Shown: positions 18,184 to 29,500, counted from the stretch's first letter. The stretch is 64,000 nt of DNA from Candidatus Latescibacterota bacterium (GCA_965217585.1 OZ244561.1:448001-512000); one strand, 5' to 3'. Notes: a model not told the origin generated them from the sequence alone. Numbers and translations are program-made.

Positions 18184-19272
18184 ATGATCGAACTCCGCGC
18201 CACTGGCCTCATCTACCGCGACTCCACGCTCCACGCCTGGCACCCGACCCTAGCGCTATTGCCCAACGGCGACTTACTGGTCGCCTACGACTTGGGCGAG
18301 ACTATCGGTGCCCTTGATTATTGTACCTATCTTGCGCGCTCGACCGATGGCGGCCGGTCGTGGAGCGAGCCGGTGGCCTTTTTCGCCGATCCCGTTGCCG
18401 CGACCGCTCGCCGCACTGTCCGCATCAGCACCTTGGCCGACGGGACCTTGATCGGCGCGGGACGGCGCAGCTATTGCCACCACCCCGAGACCAGCGGGTG
18501 GAATCCCCAGACGTACGGCGTAGAGCAAGGTGACTGGTTCGTGCTCCGCAGCCGCGACGGGACCCACTGGCACGGCCCGCAGGAGATCGAGCCGCCGCTA
18601 GCTGGCCCCTACGAGGTCTGCCACGCCTTTGTCGAAACCGGCGACGGCCGGCTGCTCCTGCCCACGGGCCTGTTGCGGACCTGGGAAGGAGACGCGCCCG
18701 ACGGACTCAAGGCCTTGGCGTTAGTCTCTGGCGACCAAGGCCAGACTTGGCCCGAATATATCGAGCTATTCGCCGATCCCCAAGGCGAGGTAATCTACCA
18801 CGAGGTCAGTCTGGTGGAATTGGAGGGTGGACGGCTCCTCGCGGTGGCGTGGCCTTTTAACTCGGTGGTAGGCCAGACCGTGATAAAGGTGCCCTACGCG
18901 ATAGCGCCGGACGGCAGGACGTTCAGCATCCGCGGCTCGACCGAAATCGCTGGCGAGACGACCAAGTTGCTGCACTTGGGAGGCGACCGGCTCCTGTGCC
19001 TGATGCGCCGCACTGACGCGGCTGGCCTGTGGGCGGTGCTCGCCCAGATACAAGGAGACGAGTGGGTCCACCTCACAGAAGCCCCCTTGTGGCAAGGCGC
19101 GGCGTCGCGGATGCAGGGCGAGCGCGACGCCGCTACCGAGCTGGCCGAACTGCACTTTGGCTTCCCGAACCTCTTGCACCTGCCCGATGGCGACGTGCTG
19201 GCGGCCTTCTGGTGCCGCGAGGACCACATTCACAACATCCGCTGGCTGCGGATTAGCGTAGCGGACCACTAG
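18184..19272 (+). CDS. Sialidase/BNR-repeat family protein
   Basis: Asp-boxes STDGGRSW, SRDGTHW and SGDQGQTW. Confidence 0.8.
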   Translation: MIELRATGLIYRDSTLHAWHPTLALLPNGDLLVAYDLGETIGALDYCTYLARSTDGGRSWSEPVAFFADPVAATARRTVRISTLADGTLIGAGRRSYCHHPETSGWNPQTYGVEQGDWFVLRSRDGTHWHGPQEIEPPLAGPYEVCHAFVETGDGRLLLPTGLLRTWEGDAPDGLKALALVSGDQGQTWPEYIELFADPQGEVIYHEVSLVELEGGRLLAVAWPFNSVVGQTVIKVPYAIAPDGRTFSIRGSTEIAGETTKLLHLGGDRLLCLMRRTDAAGLWAVLAQIQGDEWVHLTEAPLWQGAASRMQGERDAATELAELHFGFPNLLHLPDGDVLAAFWCREDHIHNIRWLRISVADH

Positions 19273-19281
19273 GAGACCACC

Positions 19282-21453
19282 ATGCACATCGGCGACCAAT
19301 GGATGCAGTTGCGCAGCCGCGACAAAGCCCTCGATCAGGCATTCGCCCGGCCCTTTCCGGTCGGCGTCGAATACTACCGCCCGCCCGTGCCGCCGCCGCA
19401 GTACTGGGACGAGGACTTTCGCCGGATTAGCGCCGCCGGACTGAGCATCGTCCGCGTCTGGTACTCCTGGGACTGGGTCGAGACCCTGCCCAACCACTAC
19501 GAGTTCGACGATCTGGACCGGCTTTTCGACCTAGCCGCCCAACACGGTCTAAAAGTCTGGGTCGATACCCCGCTGGGCACCCATATGGCCTGCCCGGCCT
19601 GGATGCTGCGCTCCCACCCGGACATGCGGATCGTCCGCCGCGATGGCAGTGTGCAACAGAATACGACCGGCGCGTTTGCTGCACACGGAGCGATGACCCA
19701 CAACTTCGACCACCCGATGTGGCGGGTTTACGTCGAGCGCTATCTGCGCCAATTTGTGCCGCGCTACAAAGATCACCAAGCCTTGGGCGTCTGGGGCACT
19801 TGGGATGGCATTGGCTACGCTGGCGCGTGGACGGCCCCTGAGCCGTATCCCCCCTACAACGACTATACCATTGCCAAGTACAAAGACTGGCTCCACCGGA
19901 ACTACACGCTCGACGCGCTCAACGAGCGGCTGCTGCGCCGCTACCGCTCGTGGGAGGATGTCGATGCGCCGCGCAGCAAGGCCGCGCCGGTGGAGATGAG
20001 GCTGTATTTGCAGTTTCACCGCGAGAACATGGCCGACCACTTAGGCTGGATGGCCGACTTGATTGACCGGCTCGATGGGACGCACGAGCAGCGTTCGCAC
20101 GGCGGCTCGTATCCAGCACCCCACCACGAGACAGTCAGTCCGCAGATCGACAGTTGGGGCCTCTCGCACCACTCGTCCAACCGGCTGACCACTGACGAGC
20201 CGTACAGTATCGCCTGCGAGGCCTATGGTTTCCAGTGGTGCCGCGCAATAGGTCGCAACAATCGGTGGTGGAACGAAGAGATCTACGGCAGCTTCGTCGG
20301 TGGGCTGCATCCGACCGAGAAGAAGACCTTGGGCCAAGAGTCGGCTCTCTATATCTGGCTGACCCTGATCGAGGGCGGTGCCGGGGCCATGTTCTGGCAG
20401 TATCGGCCGGAGTACATGACCTACGAAGCGCCCGGACTCAATATCGCCGCACTCGACGGCGAGCCGACCGAGCGGCTCCACGCGGCAACGACGACCATCG
20501 CCCAGATCGACCGCATCGCCGCCCACCTGCCGCTCGCCATTCCGCGGGCCGATGTGGCCATTGCCTACAGTGGCCCGAGCGACGACGCATTTGATTTTAA
20601 CGACCACGGCGTCCAGTTCATCCAGCACCACCGTGCGCTCTACCGCGCCCTGTGGGCACAGAGCGTGGCGATGGACCTAGTGACCCCGGCGATGGACTGG
20701 TCCGAGTACGCGCTGGTTTACCTGCCACACTTCGCGGTCCTCGACGAGGTGGCCATCGCCCGCCTGCGCGGCCTGCTGCAAGCGGCCGACGGGCCCCACC
20801 TCGTAGCCGACGGCTACTTTGGCACCTTTGCCGGCAAGGGCCACTGGAGCTTCAAGCCGCCCGAGGGTCTCAGCGACCTCATCGACTGCCGGATCGCCGA
20901 TTTTGATGTCGTCGCCGATTTCGATGTCCGGGCTGGCAAAAACGTCGTGCAGATGGAGTGCGGCACCTTTGCCCTGCCTGCGGGGACAACCTATTCAATC
21001 ATAGAACCTCAAGGCGACACTGCACCCATCGCTACCATCGGCGACGAAGTGGTTGGGGTGCGCTCGGCCGACGGGCGCTTCACTTGGTATGGGTTTGCGC
21101 TTTCGGCCACAGCCTCGTCGGAAGTAACCGGGCAACCGGGGGCACCAGCGCCGGTGGGGCTGGTGCACGACGAGGTAGCGGCCGCGCTACTGGCAACCGC
21201 AGGCGTCGAGCCGTGGTTTGAGCTTACCGGTGACCGCGTCGTCGCCTTCCGTCGCCGCTCGCGACAGGGTGGGTCGCTGATCTTCGCACTCAACGTAGAA
21301 AGGCGCACAGCGCAGGTGCGGGTGCAGCCGCGTTGGCAGATAGGCGCGGCCCGCGACCTGCTAGGGGAACGAGATCTCGCTCTCTACGACGGAGCCTTTG
21401 AGCTGACGCTAGGGTTTGGCGAGGTGGCGGTGATACACTGTGCGGATATCTGA
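19282..21453 (+). CDS. GH42-like beta-galactosidase family protein
   Basis: GVEYY...WDEDF, WDWVE...YEFDDLD, PAWM, and LNERL...YRSWEDV, followed by a trimerisation-like domain. Confidence 0.8.
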   Translation: MHIGDQWMQLRSRDKALDQAFARPFPVGVEYYRPPVPPPQYWDEDFRRISAAGLSIVRVWYSWDWVETLPNHYEFDDLDRLFDLAAQHGLKVWVDTPLGTHMACPAWMLRSHPDMRIVRRDGSVQQNTTGAFAAHGAMTHNFDHPMWRVYVERYLRQFVPRYKDHQALGVWGTWDGIGYAGAWTAPEPYPPYNDYTIAKYKDWLHRNYTLDALNERLLRRYRSWEDVDAPRSKAAPVEMRLYLQFHRENMADHLGWMADLIDRLDGTHEQRSHGGSYPAPHHETVSPQIDSWGLSHHSSNRLTTDEPYSIACEAYGFQWCRAIGRNNRWWNEEIYGSFVGGLHPTEKKTLGQESALYIWLTLIEGGAGAMFWQYRPEYMTYEAPGLNIAALDGEPTERLHAATTTIAQIDRIAAHLPLAIPRADVAIAYSGPSDDAFDFNDHGVQFIQHHRALYRALWAQSVAMDLVTPAMDWSEYALVYLPHFAVLDEVAIARLRGLLQAADGPHLVADGYFGTFAGKGHWSFKPPEGLSDLIDCRIADFDVVADFDVRAGKNVVQMECGTFALPAGTTYSIIEPQGDTAPIATIGDEVVGVRSADGRFTWYGFALSATASSEVTGQPGAPAPVGLVHDEVAAALLATAGVEPWFELTGDRVVAFRRRSRQGGSLIFALNVERRTAQVRVQPRWQIGAARDLLGERDLALYDGAFELTLGFGEVAVIHCADI

Positions 21454-21526
21454 TCCGTCTCAGAGCGGAAGAGACGAGCTATGGCAATTGAACCGCGAGC
21501 AATTCTTAGAGGACGAATTTCTCGTC

Positions 21527-22423
21527 TCAGAGGGGATTTATCAGCCCGATGGCATCCAAGACGGCACCGATCTTCTCCACCTCCTCGTCAGTGGCCGTAA
21601 CCATGGGCGGGCGCAACCAGCGCGAGGCAATACCGTTGAGTTCAAGCGCGGTGCGCCACACAGCCTGGCCGCCGCCTAGTACATCTGTGGCCACTCCCCA
21701 GAAGGGTTCTTCGATTTGGGTGATGATAGTCTGGGCCGTTTTGGCGTCGCCGTCTTGGAAGGCCCGCCAGTAGCTTTGTGCTACGTGGGGAGCAAACGAA
21801 GATGGATAGCAAAAGAAGGCGCGGATGCCGCAAGGCCATTGTGCGAAATTGCGCCATAGGCCCCCGCCGGTCATGAATTTCCACCGATCTCCATAGCGGC
21901 GCATAGTCGCCTTCGCGTATTCGAGTGTGCCGTCTTCTTTGAAGGCGCAGATGTTGAGCGCGTCGAGTAGCTCGTCGAGGATTTCATAGGGAGGACACCC
22001 CACCAACATCAGGGGCATGACTCGGGCTACTTTGCGGTATTGGACGACCTTACCCTGCGGTTGGGCTTGTTCCGGTGGCAGCACCATCAGCACGTCGGCT
22101 CCCCAACTGCGACAATACTCGGCGAATTGGACTGCCCGGTCGTCTGGCCAGCGCCGAGTAGCCGCCACCGCCAACGCCCGTCCTGCGACCCGGTCAACTA
22201 AAAAGCGGGTAAGCTGGGCGACCTCTTCGTCGCTAAGGAACTCGAACTGGCTGTCCCCATAGGTCAGCAAGCTAACCTGACTGCCGCTGGCGATGCCGAT
22301 GTCGATTATGTGGCCGATGCCCTCCCAGTCTAGCTGGCCGTTGGGTAAGAAGGTGGTGGGGATGGAGTTGACCGGGCCCTCGAGTAAGTTTTTGATCTCG
22401 TCCGGCGTCTTGGCTGATGGCAT
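21527..22423 (-). CDS. Dihydrodipicolinate synthase/NAL family aldolase-like protein
   Basis: PTTF..GQLD, LSDEE, GADVLMVLPP and NICAFKED motifs; start MPSAK. Confidence 0.8.
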   Translation of the reverse strand: MPSAKTPDEIKNLLEGPVNSIPTTFLPNGQLDWEGIGHIIDIGIASGSQVSLLTYGDSQFEFLSDEEVAQLTRFLVDRVAGRALAVAATRRWPDDRAVQFAEYCRSWGADVLMVLPPEQAQPQGKVVQYRKVARVMPLMLVGCPPYEILDELLDALNICAFKEDGTLEYAKATMRRYGDRWKFMTGGGLWRNFAQWPCGIRAFFCYPSSFAPHVAQSYWRAFQDGDAKTAQTIITQIEEPFWGVATDVLGGGQAVWRTALELNGIASRWLRPPMVTATDEEVEKIGAVLDAIGLINPL

Positions 22424-22582
22424 GGCACACTCCTTTCGCGAATAAAGGTAGAGGAAAAGCCCAGTACCCTCCAGCCTAAGACCTCCCAAGCAGGCATTGC
22501 TCAGAGTACTGCGAGATACCAGATTATGCGGTGGCCTTGTGCCGCTCGCGCAATACCACCCAAACGCCGCTGTTAGCTAAAC

Positions 22583-23872
22583 ATGAATGCCGATTCGCTC
22601 GAGATACAACCCTTACAAAAGCCACTCGACGCCGTGGTCTCCGTACCCGGTTCCAAAAGCTACACCAACCGGGCGTTGCTAGTTGCGGCACTAGCCAATG
22701 GGGAATCGCACCTTACGGGCGCACTCTTTAGCGACGATACCGACTACATGGTCCAAGCATTGCGCAAACTCGGCGTCTCCATAGAGGCCGATCCAAAGGC
22801 AGCCAGCTTTGCGGTCGCAGGCAACGGCGGACGGATTCCCGTCGATGGTGCCGAGCTGTACATCGGCAATTCAGGCACTACTTCGCGGTCGATCACGAGC
22901 TATGTCGCTCTCGGCAATGGGATCTTCATCATCGACGGCGACGCACCCATGCGCCAGAGCCGACCAATGGCCGATCTGCTCGACGCGCTCGGCCAACTCG
23001 GGATTGATGCACGCTCGCGCTTTGCCAACGGATGCCTGCCAGTAGAGGTGCGAGCCAAGGGGTTCAGAGGCGGAAAAACCCAGCTCGACGCCAGCAAAAG
23101 TAGCCAGTTCCTCACCTCGCTGCTGCTCGTCGCCCCTTACGCCGACAACTGCTTGGAAATCGAGATGGTCGGCGAGTTTAAGACCGAATATATCGACATC
23201 ACTATGGCGGTAATGCAGGCATTTGGGATCGAGGTAGAACACGACGATTACCGGCGTTTTCGCGTAGCCGGCGGTCAATGCTATAAGCCCCGCGCCTACG
23301 CTATTGAGCCGGATGCCTCCAACGCCTCGTATTTCTTTGCTGCCGCTGCGCTCAACGGCGGCCGGGTGCGCGTAGCCGACATTGCCGCCGACTCAGCCCA
23401 AGGCGATATCCATTTCGTCGATGTGCTCGAAAAAATGGGATGCACGGTCAACCGCTATGCCCACGGAGTCGAGGTAATCGGACCGGACCAACTCAGGGGA
23501 ATAGACGTCGATATGAAGGCCATATCGGATACCTCGCTGACGCTGGCCGCGATCGCACCTTTTGCCAAGGATCCAGTGCGCATCCGCAACATCGAGCACA
23601 CGCGCTGGCAGGAGACCGACCGGATTGCCGCTATGGTCGCCCAACTGCGTCGTCTCGGCGTGAAAGTAGAAGAACACAGAGATGGCGTTACTATCGCGCC
23701 GTCTAAGCCCAAAAGTAGCACCATCGATACTTATAAGGATCACCGAGTGGCTATGAGTTTTGCCCTAGTCGGACTGCGAGTGCCCGGAATCCGCATCAAC
23801 GATCCAATCTGCGTCGGCAAAACCTTTCCGACATACTTCGACGTCTGGGATCAGATAAGAGGATCGACGTGA
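22583..23872 (+). CDS. aroA: 3-phosphoshikimate 1-carboxyvinyltransferase (EPSP synthase)
   Basis: PGSKSYTNRAL, GNSGT, SSQFLTSLL, EPDAS.ASYF, ETDRI, DHRVAMSF and KTFP motifs. Confidence 0.97.
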   Translation: MNADSLEIQPLQKPLDAVVSVPGSKSYTNRALLVAALANGESHLTGALFSDDTDYMVQALRKLGVSIEADPKAASFAVAGNGGRIPVDGAELYIGNSGTTSRSITSYVALGNGIFIIDGDAPMRQSRPMADLLDALGQLGIDARSRFANGCLPVEVRAKGFRGGKTQLDASKSSQFLTSLLLVAPYADNCLEIEMVGEFKTEYIDITMAVMQAFGIEVEHDDYRRFRVAGGQCYKPRAYAIEPDASNASYFFAAAALNGGRVRVADIAADSAQGDIHFVDVLEKMGCTVNRYAHGVEVIGPDQLRGIDVDMKAISDTSLTLAAIAPFAKDPVRIRNIEHTRWQETDRIAAMVAQLRRLGVKVEEHRDGVTIAPSKPKSSTIDTYKDHRVAMSFALVGLRVPGIRINDPICVGKTFPTYFDVWDQIRGST

Positions 23873-23901
23873 GAGGAAAGCGGCGCTAGTGGGGAACGGT
23901 C

Positions 23902-23954
23902 GAAGCACAGGTTGCCCTACCGGTCCGGTTTACCGGTAGGGCAACCTGTGCTTC
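23902..23954. terminator. Perfect 23-bp inverted repeat between convergent genes
   Basis: gaagcacaggttgccctaccggt-ccggttt-accggtagggcaacctgtgcttc. Confidence 0.8.
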
Positions 23955-23972
23955 TTACCGTTTGAAGGGTGC

Positions 23973-25334
23973 TTATTGAGTAAATTGGGTCACGTTGGCG
24001 ATCCCACCCGGCTGGGTCAACGCATAGACGATTAGGTTGACCCCGAACTGCAACCCGCGCTCTCGTGCATCGGCTAGGGGATCTCCCCAGTACCAGCTAA
24101 TATTTAGGTCGCTGAAGACCACCGCAACCCGACCACGCAGTTCCAGCATCTCCAAGTCGAAAACATTGCCAGCGGGTGCGCCACCCATCGGCGGACCATC
24201 GGGGAAATCCCAGAAGCTATAGTAGAGTGGATGACTCTTGGGCACTTTTTGCCACTTGGAGCCGTCGCTACCCAGCACCAGCGGATCTTTCATCAGGGCC
24301 TTGAACTGGCGGTCAAACGGCGTACCCGAAACCCCGGCTTCCTTGCCGGCAAGTCCGTTATCAGCGTCGCTTTGGCGGATCTCCTCGGCATAGAGAAAAC
24401 CACCGTTCTTGAGATATTCGCCTAGGTTGGTCTTCTCTGTATCGCTGATTTGCAAGACGGCATCGTTGCCCGTCACGTAAAGCATGGGGGCGTCCATGAT
24501 GCGCGGATCCGAAAATTCCAAGGTCGTGCCCTCAATGCGGGCATTGATTTCGGTATGGTCGCGCATATAGCGCATCAACTCCTCTACCGCAGTTGGGAAT
24601 CGATCGCGGTTCTTGTCTGCGATATCGTAGTCGATGACCGTCATGTTAAAGAAGCCACGTATAGCACGTTTATTGTCTGGATCCTGAATCAAGATCGCTT
24701 GGTAGCGACCGATGTCCAAGTCGCCGACATTGAGCAGTTCGTGCTTCAGGCTCAGCGCCTCTTGCACCGGGGCCGACGTTTCGCCCAGTTCGACCATCTC
24801 GACATCGTCGAAGGCGAAATCTTGGGCCTTGGCACCTGAAAAGGCACCCAAGACCTGCGTACCAGGCAAGACCGAACTCAGCAGGTCGCTACCTACCGCG
24901 CTAACATCAGCTATCGCCGATATATCCTGCGGCAAATCCGGCGGTGCCATCGACTGTAGCATCTCCATCTGCACTTCGGATATCTCGGGACGCTTGGCTA
25001 GATCGAAGTTCTTTTCGAGAATTGGCGGAGGAGCGCGGAAGATAATTAGCGACTCCTTTTTCTCTTCTACGCCAATGCCAAAGAGATAATCATAAACGAA
25101 GACGCCAGCGTGGATGGATACCGAGAGGACAAAGGCCACGCTCATGCTCAGCCGGCGGCCGGTGGTAGCCGTATATAGGGCGTATAACAGTACCCCAACA
25201 CCCGCCAAGCCGGCGGCGATCACCACCCACTTGGATAGGATGAAAAGCACGTGAATGATAAAGGCCGCGCCGACCGCTATATAGGCCGTTTTTTTGCGTT
25301 GGGCCTGTACTACTTTTTTATACTCGTCTACCAC
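23973..25334 (-). CDS. DUF4159 domain protein with N-terminal membrane anchor (TonB-like SxxxH)
   Basis: C-terminal PMLYVTG, LGEYLKNGGFL, HPLYYSFWDF and FGVNLIVYALT motifs. TM segment LSVSIHAG and a Pro-containing linker. Confidence 0.75.
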   Translation of the reverse strand: MVDEYKKVVQAQRKKTAYIAVGAAFIIHVLFILSKWVVIAAGLAGVGVLLYALYTATTGRRLSMSVAFVLSVSIHAGVFVYDYLFGIGVEEKKESLIIFRAPPPILEKNFDLAKRPEISEVQMEMLQSMAPPDLPQDISAIADVSAVGSDLLSSVLPGTQVLGAFSGAKAQDFAFDDVEMVELGETSAPVQEALSLKHELLNVGDLDIGRYQAILIQDPDNKRAIRGFFNMTVIDYDIADKNRDRFPTAVEELMRYMRDHTEINARIEGTTLEFSDPRIMDAPMLYVTGNDAVLQISDTEKTNLGEYLKNGGFLYAEEIRQSDADNGLAGKEAGVSGTPFDRQFKALMKDPLVLGSDGSKWQKVPKSHPLYYSFWDFPDGPPMGGAPAGNVFDLEMLELRGRVAVVFSDLNISWYWGDPLADARERGLQFGVNLIVYALTQPGGIANVTQFTQ

Positions 25335-25371
25335 AGTTCTTCCCCCTCTTGGAAGGGCCTAGAAACCTCAC

Positions 25372-25779
25372 TTAGTTGCGCTGCGGTTCCGTGGCGATGA
25401 CCTGATCGATGACACCCACTTGGCGAGCGATATCCATAATCTGGACGATTTGCCCGTGCGTGGAGCGCTCGTCTCCTTGGATGATGAGCATCGTGGTGTT
25501 GTCCAGCAGTTGTCTCTTCGCCTGCAATTCCTCTTTAAGGGTTGCAAAGGTCACCGACTTGTGGTTCAGCTTCATGTTACCGTCCTGATCCACGACGATA
25601 AAGAGGTTCTCCTTCTCCGGAGCCTGAGCCTCTTCGGACTCGGGCAATTTGATATCCAAACCCGGAGTGATGGCAAACACTGCGGTCACCATGAAGAAGA
25701 TGAGTAGCTGAAAGACCACGTCAATCATCGGCGTCAGATCGGGCATGGCCAGTTCTTTTTTTTCTACTCTCTCAGCCAT
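25372..25779 (-). CDS. exbD: ExbD/TolR family motor subunit
   Basis: DLTPMIDVVFQLLIFFMV with the conserved Asp; IKLP; IIQGD...HG.IVQIMD. Confidence 0.92.
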   Translation of the reverse strand: MAERVEKKELAMPDLTPMIDVVFQLLIFFMVTAVFAITPGLDIKLPESEEAQAPEKENLFIVVDQDGNMKLNHKSVTFATLKEELQAKRQLLDNTTMLIIQGDERSTHGQIVQIMDIARQVGVIDQVIATEPQRN

Positions 25780-25810
25780 TTTATCTCATGCCTCCTAAGA
25801 AGAGCCGCCC

Positions 25811-26464
25811 TTAGGCAGCCTGAGTGCCTTGCCAGCGGCGCAGCAGGGCGTCCACAAAACCGTGGCCGTATGCTTCAAACTCAACGGCCTTGCCTGTGGC
25901 GCGGTTGCTAAAGTACGTGAAGATGGCGATTGAAGGCACGGCGATCACCAGACCGGTAACTGTGGTGATCAGTGCTTCGGAAATACCTGCGGCGACGATC
26001 GTCGGCTCACCGAGACCCTTTTCCGCAATACCTTCAAAAGCGTTGATCATACCGTTGACCGTACCCAGCAGGCCGAGCAACACCACGGATTTGGACACGA
26101 AGTCGATAACGGCTAGATACCGTTCGAGATACCCCAAGGCGGCGCGTTCAACCGTGCCGTTCATTTCCTCGCGCATCTCCTCCATCGTGCGTTGCTCGCG
26201 CGACAAGTGCTCAAAGCGCTCGAGCCCCTCGCCGTACACCTCGCCTTCGAGCTTGCCGACTTCAGCGCAGTATTCCTTGAGTTGGTCAATGGAAGCACCC
26301 GAGTCTATACGCGCGTTGACGTCGTTGGTGATTTCGGCCAATTCGTCCTCGGAGCGCAGCCGTGCATACGTCCAAATGCGCTCGAGAAAGAACGCAATGG
26401 AAAGCATAGACCAGAGCCCCAAAGGCCACATGAAAGGTCCGCCTTCTTGAAACAGTTCAATCAT
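25811..26464 (-). CDS. exbB: MotA/TolQ/ExbB proton channel protein
   Basis: LLGLLGTVNGMI.AF and GISEALITTVTGLVIAVP motifs. Confidence 0.92.
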   Translation of the reverse strand: MIELFQEGGPFMWPLGLWSMLSIAFFLERIWTYARLRSEDELAEITNDVNARIDSGASIDQLKEYCAEVGKLEGEVYGEGLERFEHLSREQRTMEEMREEMNGTVERAALGYLERYLAVIDFVSKSVVLLGLLGTVNGMINAFEGIAEKGLGEPTIVAAGISEALITTVTGLVIAVPSIAIFTYFSNRATGKAVEFEAYGHGFVDALLRRWQGTQAA

Positions 26465-26507
26465 TTTCTTTATCCCTCCTTAAGTTAGGACGCAAAGAAA
26501 TCTAAGG

Positions 26508-29500
26508 TTATAGGACGCGAGCTTCCTGCATTACCTCTAGCTGTTCTCTGGCATAGTCCACCTGCGTCACGTACTTGGGGTTGTCGCCATAGTTGTCGAC
26601 AACTTCCTGAAAGACGGCACCGGCTTGGCGGAATTCCTCTTGTTTCATATAGGCGGCACCGATGTTGACCAGTGAGTTGACAGCTTGGTCGCTCTTGGGG
26701 TACTTCTGCCGCACCTCCTCGAAGATCGCCATTGCCTCGTCGAAATTGTCCTCAGCTAAGAGCTTTTCGCCCGTTGCATAAAGATTATAGGCGTCGATCT
26801 CAGCCAAATGTCCGAGCAGGGTCCTTGCCTTTTTTGGCAGCGCTCGATCTTGGGCAATCAGCTTGTCAGCGGGAAAGCGCTCCAAGAAAGTCTGGTAGCT
26901 CTCGGTGGCCTTCTCGTAATCCTTGAGGCCGTAATAGTAATCTCCGAGCGTAAATTGGCTGCGTGCCCCATAAGTACCATCGGGATATTCAGCGACGATT
27001 CGCTCAAAGACCGGCACCGCTTCTTCCTTGCGATCGAGGTTGATCAGGCACCAAGCCTTGTTGTAGAGCGCGTCGTCCGCATGGCTCGACCTAGCATAGC
27101 GCTTAATGATTCGGTCATAGAAGACCATGGCATCTAGGAAGTTCTGGTTTTTGTCCTCTAGGCCGCTCCTGTTGGTCATGTTAAATAGGGCATCGCCAGC
27201 GCGAAAAAGCGCCTCAGATGCATAGTGGGACTGCGGATAATTATCTGCTAGGCTAGCAAAAATATCGCTCGCAACGCGCCATTTACCCATCCGATAATGC
27301 GCCCAAGCATCGTAGTAATAGGCATGCACAGCGCGTTCATCCTCGGGATATTGAGTGTAATAGGTATTAAACGCCTTTGACATCGCTGGTAGCACATCGA
27401 CATTGCCGTTAGCCGATAGCCTGTTATAAGCTACGCCGATTTGGAACTGGGCGTTTTTGGCCCAAGCAATCTGCGGATAGTTTTCGATGATGGTGTTATA
27501 AGTGGCAATCGCTTGGACGAACTGCTCCGACCTGTAGAAGCAGTTGCCTTGGACAAAGAGCGCGTTGGCAATGCTCTCGGCATTGATGGCCAAGTCGATT
27601 AGCTCCTGAGCCGCTTCAATACTCTGCTGGAACTTATCCAGTTTGAAGTAGGCATTGGCCAAGCGAACGAGTAAGCGCTCCCGGTCTTCGCTAGAGGTAG
27701 TAGTAGCCAACATCTCCTCGTAGATGCGCACCGCTTCCTCTGGATTGCCCTTCTTTTCGGCCATTGAGATCTTCTGCAGCCGCGCCGAACGCACCAAGCT
27801 CTCGTCTCCTGAAGCAATGACCTCGTTCAGCAGCTTCTCCGCTTCGTCGTCGCTGCCTTCCGCAGAGTACGAGAGCGCCATCGAGAACGAGACCTTTAAC
27901 TGCATCGCCTTGGGGATCTTGGTGTCCAATAGCCACTTGTAATCGACCAGCGCGCGGTCGTAACGGCCCGAATAGTGGTAGGCCAATCCACGGCCATAGC
28001 GGGTGTCGCGAATGACAATGACATCGCTTTCTGGGTACTCTTCAAGCACCATGGTATAACGCTCAACTGCGTCGACGTAGTTTTTATTGTTGAGGTCGAG
28101 TTGGGCCATCTGGAAATGCGCCCTAGCCTCCAAATCGCGGTCGCCGGTCACGCCTTCCAGCAATTGATTGAGCAGTACACGTCCCTCGGTGATGCGATCT
28201 TGAGAAATGTAGATGTTGGCCGCCTCAATCAACGCGGCGATGTACGTCTCGCGGGCATCGCGATCAACCTTGGAAAAAGCAGCGATGGCCTCGTCTTTCT
28301 GCTCTTCGTCTCGGTAGAGAATACCAAGGCCATAGTATGCATCGGCCGTATGACGCGTATCTTGATAGCTCTCCGTTATAGCCTTGTAGGCCTCAATGGC
28401 CTCCTCAACCTTCTGCTGCTCGTAGCTGAGCCGGGCGATGCGCAACAGGCACAACGGCGCTTGGTCTGAGCGGGGGAAGTTGTCCACCGCCTGCGTGTAG
28501 CTCGCAATAGCTTGGTCCGCCACGCCGATTTTTTCGGCAGACCAGCCTGCGCTGTAGAGCGCTGCAGAGCGCAAACCCGTCTCGCTATCTGGGTAATCCG
28601 CCAGCAGTTTTAGGTAGTCTTCACGGGCAGCGGCATAGTCTGCGGCGAAGTACTTGGCTTCGCCTTTCTGATACTGAGCGTTGGCCGGATAAGGCGTATC
28701 CCCATAGAGTTCAATTACTTGGTTGTAAGCGGTCCACGCCTCGTCGAACTTATCCCACTCCATGTAGTTGTCACCGATTCTCATCTGCACTTTGGCCTTG
28801 TAAAAGCGCTCCTCGGCCGTTTCTTGGGCCGCGATCAACTCTTGGTAGGCTTGCTCGAACTGGTCTGTTTTGCGGAATATCTCAGCGACGCGCAACGAGG
28901 ATGTCTCGAAGAGCTCTCGATAGTTTTCAAAATCGACATTCTTACCTTCGCGAAACGAGCCGCGCAAGAGTTCAAACATCCGATCATAGAGGTTGCGTAC
29001 ATCGCGGTAGGCTTTAATCGCCTCCGCGTCACGTCCCATCTGGTCATAGGCTCTAGCCTTCAGGTATAGGGCTTGGGCAATGACCGGACTATTGGGATAC
29101 TTGTCGAGGACTATCTGGGTCATATCAACGGCTTTGCCGTATTCGCCCTTCTCGTAGAGAGCACTGGCGATGCGGTACTGGGAATCCGGAGCATAGCGAT
29201 CTTGCGGGTATGCCGCCAACATGCCGTTGAGCGTTTCGATGGACTGGTCGTATTCTTTTGTGTTAAACTCGCTCCAACCCGCATAAAAGTACGCTTTGCC
29301 AGCTTCCCTTGTCTCAGGAAACAACTCGACATAGCGCTTGTATTCCTTTGCTGACTCGCTGTACTCTTTGGCGAAGAAGCGGGTCTCGGCGACTTGGAAC
29401 TGCACCAATGACTTGAAATCCTCGGTTACAACAGTCCCTACATCAATAACTTGGCGATAGGCCTCCACCGCTTTTTCGTGTTGCCCACTCTTCTTGTAGG

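Noticed and set aside
23902-23954. Perfect palindrome as a MITE, REP or attC site
   Set aside because: It is single-copy in the window with no target duplication or attC R boxes. Its position between convergent genes fits a terminator.
25372-26464. Flagellar stator (MotAB) or flagellar FlgD genes
   Set aside because: The partner is ExbD/TolR-type with no OmpA-like domain. The FlgD-Ig-like domains are tails of large secreted proteins, and no flagellar genes are present.
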